From contig CAWBHS010000110.1 of assembly GCA_963788655.1 (NCBI GenBank), positions 32,001 to 96,000 on the forward strand: a stretch of DNA of 64,000 bases, given 5' to 3'. Positions within the stretch are counted from its first letter, which is position 1. Each line of letters begins with the position of its first letter. Below, piece by piece: positions 43,212-53,433 of the stretch. The translations under genes were made by a program, and so were the position numbers. The notes under the pieces are model-generated. The model worked only from the letters and a program-made list of their open reading frames with translations, did no database searches and was not told the DNA's origin. Source of the DNA: an uncultured Verrucomicrobiae bacterium (GTDB taxonomy: Bacteria; Verrucomicrobiota; Verrucomicrobiia; Limisphaerales; JAFGQR01).

Positions 43212-44507
43212 CTAATCGGCGGGTGGCCGGAATGGCAGGAACTGCACTTTGCGAATGAAGCCGTTGTCGTTCTCGGTGATGATCAGGTTGCCCTCGTAGT
43301 CCATGGTCACGGCCCGGCATTCGCTGACTCGCGCTTCGAGCGGACTGTAAAACCAGGTGCCGTCGCCGGCCGGATAGCCGCTCCGCTGTCCGTTCAAGAA
43401 CAAGTGAATGTATCCTGCGGTATCGACATACCAAACCTGGCTGCCGCGATGGGTGCAGAGGAAATACGCCCCGGTCGGCAGGAACCACACGCCGCGCACT
43501 TCGTTCAGGCCAGTGGCCAGCGCCGGGTACCCGTCACCGCCGCCATACGTCAGGCCATTGCCGGCGATGGCTGTTTTGTTGCCTTCGTCATCCAGGCGAT
43601 AGACAAAGTGCCCATTGGGATTGGCCTTGCTCCGATCCGTCACCACGAGATGTCCCCAGGGATCCATCACCAGGTTGCCCAGCTCGGTGTAACCGGTGGA
43701 AAAGTCCGTGACGCCCTCGCCCTTGACCCATCTCTTGACGACGGTCAGGGACGAAACGTAGGCCACGGTTTCGTCTTCGTTCACCCAGAGGCCGCGGCCC
43801 CCTAAGAGCCCGCCTGGGACAGCGAACAACGTGTGGATCATGCCGTTGGTATCGAGCCGGCGGATCTTCCCATTGCCTAGATCGAGTATATAAACGAGGC
43901 CGTCGCCTTTTACCCAAAGGCCATTGGGCCAATACAAGGCACATTGCGTTCCGTTCGTCTCATAGTCCGGCCCATCCGCTGGCAGGTTGATGCCGGCCAC
44001 GGTGACAATCGTACCGTCGGGGCGGACTTTGCGAACGCCGTGCGCGTCTTTGTCGGCGATGTAAAGATTGCCCGCGCGATCGGCCATCGCGATGTGAGGA
44101 CTCGAGAGCCAGGCGTTGGTGGCGGGACCGCCTTCAAATTCGGACCGCCAATTGATTTGTTCCTGCGGAGCGCCCGCGCCGGCAATGGTTGTGAGCAGAC
44201 CGTAGGCGTGGGTGAGATTGGTGAAACCGGCCTGGCCATCCGCAAGATCCAGGGCATACGCGCGGTAGAACCCCACGGCGCCAGCCACCGACAGGCTGAC
44301 GGACGCCACCGTCGAAGTGGTAAAGATGTTTCGAACCGGCTGGAAGGTGCCGGTGACCGACTCCGCCCGTTCCACGACGCAAACCCCGTTGGTGAACACA
44401 TTGGTCAGCGCCGACGTGCCGGAAGAGGCGAGTTCGGTGAATTGCAATTGCGCCGACAAGCTGCCGGCCCAGAACGTTAATCCCAAAAGACAACAGACAA
44501 ATTTCAT
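43212..44507 (-). CDS. Secreted NHL-repeat beta-propeller protein
   Basis: Signal peptide; DRAGNLYIAD...VRKV, LYWPNGL...YILD, GDGYPALAT, DYEGNLIITE. Confidence 0.8.
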   Translation of the reverse strand: MKFVCCLLGLTFWAGSLSAQLQFTELASSGTSALTNVFTNGVCVVERAESVTGTFQPVRNIFTTSTVASVSLSVAGAVGFYRAYALDLADGQAGFTNLTHAYGLLTTIAGAGAPQEQINWRSEFEGGPATNAWLSSPHIAMADRAGNLYIADKDAHGVRKVRPDGTIVTVAGINLPADGPDYETNGTQCALYWPNGLWVKGDGLVYILDLGNGKIRRLDTNGMIHTLFAVPGGLLGGRGLWVNEDETVAYVSSLTVVKRWVKGEGVTDFSTGYTELGNLVMDPWGHLVVTDRSKANPNGHFVYRLDDEGNKTAIAGNGLTYGGGDGYPALATGLNEVRGVWFLPTGAYFLCTHRGSQVWYVDTAGYIHLFLNGQRSGYPAGDGTWFYSPLEARVSECRAVTMDYEGNLIITENDNGFIRKVQFLPFRPPAD

Positions 44508-44950
44508 AGGCTGCTTGGTTATGATTGTTACACATACGCGACGAATTATCCATTCACGTACTCAGGGAGTTTTCTGGAAGTGTTACCGGCGACTGATCGA
44601 GAATCCGATCCTCGAGATCCAATAACTCCTTCGAACGGACCGCAGAATATGCGAAAGCACCGAGCCAGAAACTGCGGTGGCCTGCATGCCGAGGGTCACC
44701 GAATGGTGATTGGCAAACGAGTGGCCCCGGTAGTCGCTGTACTTTTGTTTTCGCGTGGTTCACGTTGAACTCACCGGAGTAGCATCGGATAAGCAATCTG
44801 TCCGGCAGACTCTTGCGCGACTGCCAATCGAATCCGGATCGGCTTTCGGGCTTCGGACATTCAACCCTCCCCTCTCTGTCGTTTCTCCTGCCAGCGTCCT
44901 TTTAGGTTTCCAGTTGGCAACGTTTTTGGTTCAATCCCCGGCAAACACCT

Positions 44951-46036
44951 ATGAGCAAAACCAAAGTCGCCTTGCTGGGAGCCGGCTTCATTGCCGACAT
45001 TCACGTTGAATCATATCACCGTTTCGTGCCCGATGCCGAAGTCGTGGCGGTCTATACCCGCGATCCAAAGAAGGCCGAAGCGTTTGCCCAAAAGCATCAT
45101 ATTCCCCAATGGTTCAGCGATCTGGACCAGGCCATCACCGAGTCTGGATGCGAGGTGGTGGACATCGGCATTCCGAATTTCCTGCACCATCGCGCCGTCC
45201 TGGCTGCCGCGCGGGCCGGCAAGCACGTCATCATCGAAAAACCGCTGGCGTTGAACCTTGAGGAGGCTGACGAAATGATCACCGCCTGCCAGACCGCGAA
45301 CTGCAAGCTCATGTATGCCGAGGAACTGTGCTTTGCCCCGAAATACGAGAGGGTTCGAAAACTGGTGAACGAAGGCGCAGTCGGCACCCTTTTTCAAATG
45401 CGCCAGTGCGAGAAACATTCCGGGCCGCACAGCGACTGGTTTTACGACATCAACCAATCGGGCGGCGGCGCGATGATGGACATGGGCTGCCACGGACTCG
45501 CGTGGTTTCGCTGGATGTTGGGTGGTCGTCCGAAGGCGGTGTCGGTGTATGCGCACATGCAGCGGAACCTGATCCACAAGGGCCGAACGCAGGCGGAGGA
45601 GAACTCGATGGTCACCGTGGAATTCGAAGGCGGCGCGATTGGCGTGGCGGAGAACAGTTGGGCCAAGCACGGCGGCATGGACGACCGCGTGGAAGTCTAT
45701 GGCACTGGAGGTGTGATTTACGCCGACTTGTTCGTGGGCAATTCGGCACTGACCTACAGCGAAGCCGGTTACGGGTATGCCATGGAAAAGGCCGGCTCGA
45801 CCAAAGGCTGGAGCTTCACCATCTTTGAGGAGGCCTTCAACCAGGGTTACCCGCAAGAACTAAAACACTTCATCGAGTGCGTTCGCACTGGCCAGGAACC
45901 AGTAGTGACCGGCGAAGATGGCCGTGCCGTGCTCGAAATGATGATGGCGGCTTACCAATCAGCCCGCACCGGCCAACGGGTGCCGTTGCCCTTTGCCGCC
46001 AAAGTGAAGAAGCCGGTGGATTTGTGGATTGGTTAA
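44951..46036 (+). CDS. Gfo/Idh/MocA oxidoreductase
   Basis: LLGAGFIA, PNFLH, EKPLA, GGGAMMDMGCH. Confidence 0.9.
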   Translation: MSKTKVALLGAGFIADIHVESYHRFVPDAEVVAVYTRDPKKAEAFAQKHHIPQWFSDLDQAITESGCEVVDIGIPNFLHHRAVLAAARAGKHVIIEKPLALNLEEADEMITACQTANCKLMYAEELCFAPKYERVRKLVNEGAVGTLFQMRQCEKHSGPHSDWFYDINQSGGGAMMDMGCHGLAWFRWMLGGRPKAVSVYAHMQRNLIHKGRTQAEENSMVTVEFEGGAIGVAENSWAKHGGMDDRVEVYGTGGVIYADLFVGNSALTYSEAGYGYAMEKAGSTKGWSFTIFEEAFNQGYPQELKHFIECVRTGQEPVVTGEDGRAVLEMMMAAYQSARTGQRVPLPFAAKVKKPVDLWIG

Positions 46037-46048
46037 TCACCGTACAAC

Positions 46049-46766
46049 ATGCACTTGTTCAAATTTGACTCCGAAGCGGCGTGGGCCGAAACCATCGCCG
46101 GCTTGTGGTGCGATCGACTGCGCGCCAACCCGCAATTACGCCTGTGCCTGCCCGCCGGCAATACCCCGAAGCCCATCTATGCCAGAGCTGGTTCGGGCCG
46201 TCGCAGCGGGACATGTCTCATTCCGGCAGGCGGAACTATTCGCACTCGATGAATATGGCGGCTTGGCGGCTGACGATCCCGGCGGTTGCGCCAACACGCT
46301 GCGGCGCCTGCTCATTGACCAGATTGGTGTGCCGGCCGAACGGTTTCATTATCTCGACCCGTGCGCGTCGGACTTGGAACGGGTTTGCCGCGAATACGAC
46401 GCGGCGATCGGGCGCGGTTTTGATCTGACGTTGCTGGGCCTCGGGCTGAATGGTCACTTGGGTTTGAACGAGCCGGGCACGCCTCCCGACGCCACCACCC
46501 ATCGAGTGCAAATGCACCCCGCGAGCATTCAGGCTTCGGGCAGTTATGTGCAAGGGGCAACCCTGCCGTCATGGGGCGCCACGGTGGGCTTGCAACACTT
46601 GCTGAGGTCGAAAGAAGTCTGGCTCCTCGCCAACGGTTCGGCGAAAGCCGAGATCGTGCGGCGCACGCTGCAAGGACCCGCCACCGCGGGGGTTCCGTCT
46701 TCGCTGCTGCAAAGTCATCCTCGTTGTTTCTTGATGGTGGATGCCGCTGCGGGAGCGCTGGCGTGA
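46049..46766 (+). CDS. Glucosamine-6-phosphate deaminase / 6-phosphogluconolactonase family (frameshift near 46180)
   Basis: CLPAGNTP, FALDEY, LLGLGLNGHLGLNEPG, LLANGSAKA, PSSLLQSHP. Confidence 0.8.
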
Positions 46767-46956
46767 CTGCGATGGCGCCCCCACCCGGAGTTGCACCGAG
46801 CTGAAATGCACTTCCGTTTCGGCACTCCGCGCAACGAAGGAGGGAGTATTTCCGTGCGGGGCGCAATGGGCTCATCGTGCTGCGAAAAAATCGCGTTTCA
46901 CCCACCAAAAAGCTGTCCTTGGGTGACGGCAACCGATACACTCCACCCATCGCTTT

Positions 46957-48372
46957 ATGAAAACACAATTAAATCGTCGTTCGTTCCTCCAAACCGCGGC
47001 GCTGGCCGCTGGGGCGCTCTCCACCGCTCCTTTCAACATTCTTCACGCTGCCAATGCCGGCTTGAAACTCAACTGCGTGGTCATCGGCTGCGGCGGCCGG
47101 GGCCTCAACAACCACGTGGGACCCGCCCTGACGCAAAACCTGGTCGCCATCGTGGACCCGGACGAGAACCGGCAGGCCATGGTCCGGAAGAAAGTGGCGT
47201 CCGGCAAGAAGGGCAGCGCCCAATTGCAGGTGTTTACCGACTACCGGAAAATGTTCGACAAAATTGCCCGGCAAATTGACGTCGTGTTCGTCGCCACGCC
47301 CAACCATCACCATGCGCTGGCGGCGATGCTGGCCATGCAACACGGCAAAAACGTCTATTGCGAAAAGCCGGTCTGTCATGACATCGGCGAGGCGCGTCAA
47401 CTGCGCGCAATGGCGGCGAAGACCAAGGTGGCCACCCAGATGGGCAACCAGGGCCATTGCATGGAGCCTTACCGTCGCCTCTGCGAATATATATGGGGCG
47501 GCACCATCGGGAACGTCACCGCAACGTACAGTTGGACCGACCGTGCCAACGGCGGTGAAGGACCGCGGCCGCCCACAAAACCCGTGCCCGCCGGTCTGCA
47601 CTGGGACGAATGGATCGGCCCGGCTCCGTATCGCGATTTCCACGACGACCTGCACCCGCACGAGTGGCACGGTTGGTATGACTTCGGCAACGGTTCCATT
47701 GGCAACATGGGTTGCCATGTGCTCGACGGCGTCTTCTGGGCGTTGAAAGTCGAGCATCCCACCAGCGTCGAGGTCGAGCAGATGCGCGGCGGCAGCGACG
47801 AGCGCTATCCGCTGGGCAGCCGCATTCGCTGGGACATTCCCGCCCGTGGCGATATGCCGCCGGTCAAGTCCTACTGGTACGAAGGACTCAATCCCACGAC
47901 CACCGATAAGGCTTCCGGCGGTTTGCACGCGGCCAAAGGCAAAGCCCGGTACCTGCCGCCACTGTTCGTCGAAATGTGCGCCAAATATCCCGACGAAGAA
48001 CTCGACAGCCGGGACAGCGGCACGCTCTACGAGGGTGACAAAGGCATCATCTACACGGGCACCTACGGCGATCGCATGCACATTCTGCCGATGGAAAAAA
48101 TGAAGGCCACGCCCCGGCCGCCCCAGGTGTTGCCCCGCACCAAGGACATTTTCACCGACTTCCTCGAGGCCTGTCTGGCGGGCAAGACCGAAACGGCGGC
48201 GAGCTTCGACTACGGCACGCGGCTGACTGAATTCACGTTGCTCGGCAACCTGGCCCAACGCGCCGGCGCCGGCAAGCAACTGGAGTGGGACGGCCCGAAT
48301 ATGAAGGTCACCAATCACGCCGCGATGAACGCCTTTGTGCAGCGCGAAAATCGCGCGGGCTGGAAGAGCTAA
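46957..48372 (+). CDS. Gfo/Idh/MocA oxidoreductase, Tat-exported
   Basis: NRRSFL Tat signal, IGCGGRG, TPNHHHA, YCEKP, TQMGNQG. Confidence 0.9.
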   Translation: MKTQLNRRSFLQTAALAAGALSTAPFNILHAANAGLKLNCVVIGCGGRGLNNHVGPALTQNLVAIVDPDENRQAMVRKKVASGKKGSAQLQVFTDYRKMFDKIARQIDVVFVATPNHHHALAAMLAMQHGKNVYCEKPVCHDIGEARQLRAMAAKTKVATQMGNQGHCMEPYRRLCEYIWGGTIGNVTATYSWTDRANGGEGPRPPTKPVPAGLHWDEWIGPAPYRDFHDDLHPHEWHGWYDFGNGSIGNMGCHVLDGVFWALKVEHPTSVEVEQMRGGSDERYPLGSRIRWDIPARGDMPPVKSYWYEGLNPTTTDKASGGLHAAKGKARYLPPLFVEMCAKYPDEELDSRDSGTLYEGDKGIIYTGTYGDRMHILPMEKMKATPRPPQVLPRTKDIFTDFLEACLAGKTETAASFDYGTRLTEFTLLGNLAQRAGAGKQLEWDGPNMKVTNHAAMNAFVQRENRAGWKS

Positions 48373-48504
48373 GAGCCTGTTTGAACAATGGTAGCAGCCG
48401 ACGTAAGGAGGCTCATTCATGTCGGACGCGTCGCGGTTTTTCGAAGAAAAATGAGCCTCCTCACGTCGGCTGCTACGGGCCGGCTAGAGTTTTAAAACAG
48501 GCTC
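48373..48504. mobile_element. Putative MITE with GAGCCTGTTT terminal inverted repeats enclosing a GTAG REP doublet (family E)
   Basis: GAGCCTGTTT at 48373 and AAACAGGCTC ending 48504; flanks TAA and TAG; inner GTAGCAGCCGACGTAAGGAGGCTCATT / AATGAGCCTCCTCACGTCGGCTGCTAC. Confidence 0.65.
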
Positions 48505-48661
48505 TAGGGGCTTCGACCGGCCCCCATTTCCCGGTGCGGCTGGGAATCCTTTCGCACCGGCAGCACCGGCAGCATCTTGCGGGGGCTACCAGCGGCTGTT
48601 ACTCTCGTTGCGCTATGAAACGCATTGCGCTCGTCAGTTGATGGAGCCGGTAAAGACTTGG

Positions 48662-50729
48662 ATGAAGACGATCACAAAGCTGTTCTCGCGTACGGCCTTG
48701 GCAATCGTGTCCCGCAAGGTGGCGCTGGTGGAGCTCGTCGCCGTGCTGTGCCTGGGCGCAACGGAGCGGATGCAAGCTGCCAGGCTGATTGCCCACTGGA
48801 AGTTCGACGAAGGCTCTGGCACGACCGCGCTAGATTCCTCCAACAGCAGCCACGCCGGCACCATCCTTGGCGCCGGTTTACGTCGCGGGCCAATCGAATA
48901 CCGCTTTGTCCTTCAATGGTGCCAACCAATACGTGTTCGATTCCGACGCCCAATCCGGCGGCGTCACCGGAGCCGGCCTGGATATGGGCACCCGGGATTG
49001 GACCGTCGCCGCCTGGGTCAAGACCACCGCTTCGGGCATGGTCGTAACGAAAATGGGATTTGTCGGCGGGGCCAACCCGGATGGATGGGGCATGAGCATT
49101 TCCCCCAACGGTACGGTCGGAGCGGTCCTCCACAAATCGAGCGTGGGGACGGTGAATATTTTCGCCGGCGACGGCGCGACCGTGAATGATGGGCAGTGGC
49201 ATCACGTTGCCGTGGTCTTTAACCGCAGCGCGAACATGATCCGCTATGTGGATGGAGCGCCCAGTGGCACCCAGAACAGCCTCTCTTTCCTCAGCAGTCA
49301 ATCTCTCGATAACACCAAGCAACTGCGCATCGGAGCGCGTGACCAATCCGGCGACGAAATCTATTTCAGCGGCCTGATTGATGACGTGCGCGTGTATGCC
49401 AGCGTGCTGAGCGTTGAGGAAATCGCCCCGCTCGCTGGAGTCGAACCTCCAAAACCGCCCGTGTGGTCAGCTCCGCTCACGCTCGTATCGGCTTACGGCC
49501 GGTTGGCACTTGGCAATCGCGTTCACGTGGTCGGGCATAGCGGCGGAAACCTGGTGTATCGGTCCTCGCAGGACAACGGCGCCACGGGGAGTGCTGCGTC
49601 CATCGTGGCTTCGGCCGCCGGCAATTACCCGATGCAATACGGTGGACTGTTCGCCGTTGGAGATACGGTTTATCTGCTGACCGCGGCGGGAGATATGGGG
49701 CCATCCAGTCAACCACTGGACTTTCGCAAGTCCACCAACAACGGCGCGACTTGGAGCCAGCCGGTCCGCATCACGCGGGCAGGACAGGAAATCCGCCGCG
49801 CCAACATTGTGGTCCACGGCGATACCGTCCACGTTTTTGGCGGACAATCCGGCGCCGGCGGGTATGGGACCGGAATCTTCTACTTCCGTTCGACGAATGG
49901 CGGAGTGAATTGGGAGCCCGGCGTGCGCTTGTACACGGAAGCTGATGCCAGCGCCCGGATGGCGGTGGATGGAACTACCGTGCATGTCGCTTTCGGCGCG
50001 AAACTCTCCACCAACTCGTTTGGCGGACGGACATTTTACTTGCGCTCCACGAACGACGGCGCCACCTGGAGCGAGCCGGTCTTCATCGGTGAAGCCAGCG
50101 CGGAAAGTGACGTGCAAGCCCGTCAGCAAATTGCCGCGGCCGACGGGCGGGTCATTGTGATGTGGCAGCGGGAACGCCCGTCTGCCGGCGGCCCGTTGCC
50201 AACGGCACGATTGGGATACAACCGCTCCGAGGATGGCGGCGTGACTTGGACGGGACTGAAGCTCCTGCCCGGCGACCAGATCCGGCCCAGCGACACCGGC
50301 GTTATCCGGGACCACCATCAAGTGTGGATGTTACCCGGCGGGGGCCTCCACGTGGCGTGGGCTCATGGACCCCCGGGAGATCCTTCGACGCCGATGGGAT
50401 ACATCTTCTCGCCCGATTACGGCGTGACCTGGAGCGATGCCGAAATTGCCATCGACCCGCCGGGCGACCTGCCTTACGGAATCGTCGCGGACGACAATTG
50501 GGTCCACATCCTGGCGGAGCCCGGCCTCTACGCCCGGAGGCGTGTCCCGCCCGTTTTCCGTTCGGCGCGACGTGCCGGCCAATCGGTTGTTTTGGAGTGG
50601 GTCGGCCAAGGAACGCTGCAACGATCCGACGAAGTCACCGGTCCGTGGGAAGATCTGTTGAATGCGGTCAGTCCGGAAACGGTAACGATTAACGCCCCAA
50701 AACGCTTCTTCCGAATCCTGGCGCAGTAG
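48662..50729 (+). CDS. Secreted LamG-like domain plus BNR/Asp-box (sialidase-like) propeller protein (frameshift near 48870)
   Basis: AHWKFDEGSG, WTVAAWVK, DGQWHHVAVV, IDDVRVY; repeated S-x-D/N-x-G-x-T-W Asp boxes. Confidence 0.8.
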
Positions 50730-51006
50730 CCTTCCCATCCAAGCACCCGGCGCCAAGCCCGATGGGACCGGTTGGCCCATTGAACAGAGCGCTTACAGGC
50801 TGGACGGCGCGCCGCGACCCGGTCGTAAGCGGGGTGAACGCGATCCCGTTGGTCACGTCGTTCATCTGTTGGAAGCCTGACTTCAAGCCCCCGGGCTTCG
50901 ATAGTTGGTCTGCGGGCCAGAATCTTTGAAATTGAAGTTGTCAATATTAACACTTATTGCTAAATTTGTCGTATTCAGAAGATTACGACCGTCGAAACCA
51001 GCAAGT

Positions 51007-51228
51007 ATGGCCACCGATAACAACAACGAGCAGGAAGACGATGATATGCTGAAAAGCTCTTCGCTGTACCGCGAGTTTCAAGCCGAGCGTGAGGAGATTT
51101 TGAGACACAAGTGGCTGGAATCCGAAAAAGCCGGCTACGACATTGGTTTTGAACAAGCATTAACGGATTGGATTGTGAAGCATCGTTCCAAGTGGCGCCG
51201 GAGCCGCCAGTCGCTTCAATCGCATTAA
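51007..51228 (+). CDS. Small DUF4032-like protein
   Basis: EREEILRHKWLESEKAGYDIGFEQALTDW. Confidence 0.75.
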   Translation: MATDNNNEQEDDDMLKSSSLYREFQAEREEILRHKWLESEKAGYDIGFEQALTDWIVKHRSKWRRSRQSLQSH

Positions 51229-51254
51229 TCAGACCTTTCCCCAATTCTTGAATT

Positions 51255-51355
51255 TCCTTTAAACCGATCCGGCCCGGCCGTCTGGCGAGGCCTGGCAAAA
51301 AAATTGATTTACCGGCACCGATAGGGCGCGTTTACTACGCCCGTTCGGTTTTTTT
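51255..51355 (+). promoter_or_regulatory. Putative PyrR-dependent attenuator leader
   Basis: CCTTTAAA...GTCTGGCGAGGC resembles a PyrR binding loop; hairpin ACCGATAGGGCG/CGCCCGTTCGGT (51317-51349) followed by a T-run ending at the pyrR ATG. Confidence 0.55.
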
Positions 51356-51889
51356 ATGCCTGAAGACAACGTCATCCTGAACGAGGCGGCCATCCATCGC
51401 GTGCTCTCGCGCATTGCCCATGAGCTTGCCGAGCGCAACGAAGACAGTCACAACGTGGCGCTGGTCGGCGTGCAAAGCGGCGGGGTCCATCTGGCCGGTC
51501 GGTTGGCCCGGATGCTCGAGCACATCTGGGGACATCCGGTGTTCCTCGGTGAACTCGACGTGGCCATGCATCGCGATGATCTCAATCATAAGGCCGCACC
51601 CAAGGTGTACCCCACCGTCATCCCGTTCGATCTGAACAACAAAACCGTGGTGCTGGTCGATGATGTGTTGTTCCGGGGGCGAACCGTCCGGGCGGCACTG
51701 GACGCGCTCAACGATTTTGGGAGACCCAAACGGGTGCAATTGGCGGTGCTCGTGGACCGCGGACATCGGGAACTCCCCATCAAGGCGGATTTTGTCGGCA
51801 AGAACGTGCCCACCTCGGAACGCGATGAAGTGGACGTGCGTTTGAAAGAAGCCAACGACGAAGACGCGGTTTACCTGAAGCATGACTGA
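51356..51889 (+). CDS. pyrR: Bifunctional pyr operon regulator / uracil phosphoribosyltransferase
   Basis: RIAHEL, LVDDVLFRGRTVRAALDAL, DRGHRELPIKADFVGKN. Confidence 0.95.
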   Translation: MPEDNVILNEAAIHRVLSRIAHELAERNEDSHNVALVGVQSGGVHLAGRLARMLEHIWGHPVFLGELDVAMHRDDLNHKAAPKVYPTVIPFDLNNKTVVLVDDVLFRGRTVRAALDALNDFGRPKRVQLAVLVDRGHRELPIKADFVGKNVPTSERDEVDVRLKEANDEDAVYLKHD

Positions 51890-51921
51890 CGGCATGGCCT
51901 TCCCTGTCCATGAAGCTTGTC

Positions 51922-51994
51922 GTAGCGGCGTTTGGGCCGCGCGCCGCATTCTCTGGTCGTCCCCGAGGGCGGCGCTCGGCCGAGACACCGCTAC
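51922..51994. repeat. GTAG-type REP doublet (family H)
   Basis: GTAGCGGCGTTTGGGCCGCGCGCCGC ... GCGGCGCTCGGCCGAGACACCGCTAC between pyrR and pyrB. Confidence 0.7.
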
Positions 51995-52057
51995 GGTTCA
52001 GGAATTTACTGCGCGAATTTTTTCGGGGAATTCTCACCCTAACTCTCGCTGCTTCCC

Positions 52058-52999
52058 ATGACCTGGCATCGCAAACATTTGCTCGACATCGAATCCCTCA
52101 CGCCGGAAGAAATTCTCCTGGTCCTGGACACCGCCCGGGCGTTCAAAGCCGTCGGGGAACGGGCCATCAAGAAAGTGCCGGCGTTGCGCGGCAAGACGGT
52201 CGTCAATCTCTTCATCGAACCATCCACGCGCACCCGCACGAGTTTTGAACTGGCGGCCATCCGGCTCAGCGCGGATGTCATCCATTTCAACGCCGAAGCC
52301 TCCTCGTTCAAAAAAGGGGAAACGCTCAAAGACACGGCGCGGAATCTCGAAGCCCTTAATGCGGACATTTTCATTGTCCGCCACAGCGCCGCGGGCGCGC
52401 CGCATTTCCTGTCGCGCTTTGTGGGCGGCAGCGTCATCAATGCCGGTGACGGCGCGCACGAACATCCAACCCAGGCGCTGTTGGATCTGTTCACGATTCG
52501 CGAGAAGAAAGGGACGATTGCCGGTTTGAACGTCGTCATCCTCGGGGACATTCTGTACAGCCGGGTCGCCCGCTCCAATATCTGGGCCCTGACCAAACTT
52601 GGCGCCCACGTGACCTTGTGCGGGCCGTCCACACTGGTGCCGCGCGTCTTCGAGCAACTGGGGTGCCGGATTACTCATGACGTGGATGAAGCCATTGAAT
52701 CTGCCGACATCATCAACCTCCTGCGCATCCAACACGAGCGGCAGCGCAAGACCATGTTTCCGGGGACCAGCGAATATGCCAACCTGTTCGGGCTCAATCA
52801 AGCCCGGTTGGCCCGCACCAAACCGGAGGTGTTGATCATGCATCCCGGCCCGATCAACCGGGGGGTGGAAATTGACAGTGAGATCGCCGACGGCGGCCGA
52901 TCCGTCATCCTGGAACAGGTCACGAATGGCCTGGCCGTCCGGATGGCAGCGTTGTTTTTGGTCAACGGCGGCCAGGATCCCCAAGCGGTTCCCGAATAG
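52058..52999 (+). CDS. pyrB: Aspartate carbamoyltransferase catalytic subunit
   Basis: [46 protein letters not shown]. Confidence 0.96.
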   Translation: MTWHRKHLLDIESLTPEEILLVLDTARAFKAVGERAIKKVPALRGKTVVNLFIEPSTRTRTSFELAAIRLSADVIHFNAEASSFKKGETLKDTARNLEALNADIFIVRHSAAGAPHFLSRFVGGSVINAGDGAHEHPTQALLDLFTIREKKGTIAGLNVVILGDILYSRVARSNIWALTKLGAHVTLCGPSTLVPRVFEQLGCRITHDVDEAIESADIINLLRIQHERQRKTMFPGTSEYANLFGLNQARLARTKPEVLIMHPGPINRGVEIDSEIADGGRSVILEQVTNGLAVRMAALFLVNGGQDPQAVPE

Positions 53000-53005
53000 C
53001 CGTGT

Positions 53006-53055
53006 AAAAACAAAAACCCGGGTACCTCAGATCAGGGGGTGACCGGATACCCGGG
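53006..53055 (-). terminator. Intrinsic terminator on the minus strand
   Basis: Minus strand: CCCGGGTA...TACCCGGG stem followed by TTTTTGTTTTT. Confidence 0.7.
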
Positions 53056-53179
53056 GGAATTTTCGAATTAATACAAACGTAGGATTACGTGGGAATCTCG
53101 ATCCGGGCTTGTATCCAACCCGAGTCGAAAGCTTCATCAGTCAAAGAACAACTTCAAATTCAAAAATCTTCAAGCGACG
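53006..53179 (-). ncRNA. Candidate small RNA (~170 nt)
   Basis: Bounded by a sigma70-like promoter (TTGACA-17-CATGTT, 53213-53185) and the terminator; internal hairpin; no ORF called. Confidence 0.4.
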
Positions 53180-53433
53180 CAGGGAACATGGTCACAATAT
53201 GCAAGCTTGTCAAGCGAGCTGGCCAAAGTATTTGTTGAACTGGTAAACCCGCACCCCCCGCCGGCACCTTGCTGCGGCCGGGATGATGGGGCTGCCGGCA
53301 CCAACCTTCAGGGATGCGCTGGGGGCGAAAAAGACCGGGGATACAGCTTTACAACCCCTTGGCCGGGCGTAAGCTGAGACACCTTTTTCGTCGTGGCGGA
53401 TTGCGTTTCATTGGAAACCAATCGGGGCACGAC

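Noticed and set aside
42257..43805. Long ORFs across the repeat array (333, 505, 374 aa) and 16404-17461 ORFs as genes
   Set aside because: They are translations of triplet-length repeats or antisense to real genes, with no domain content.
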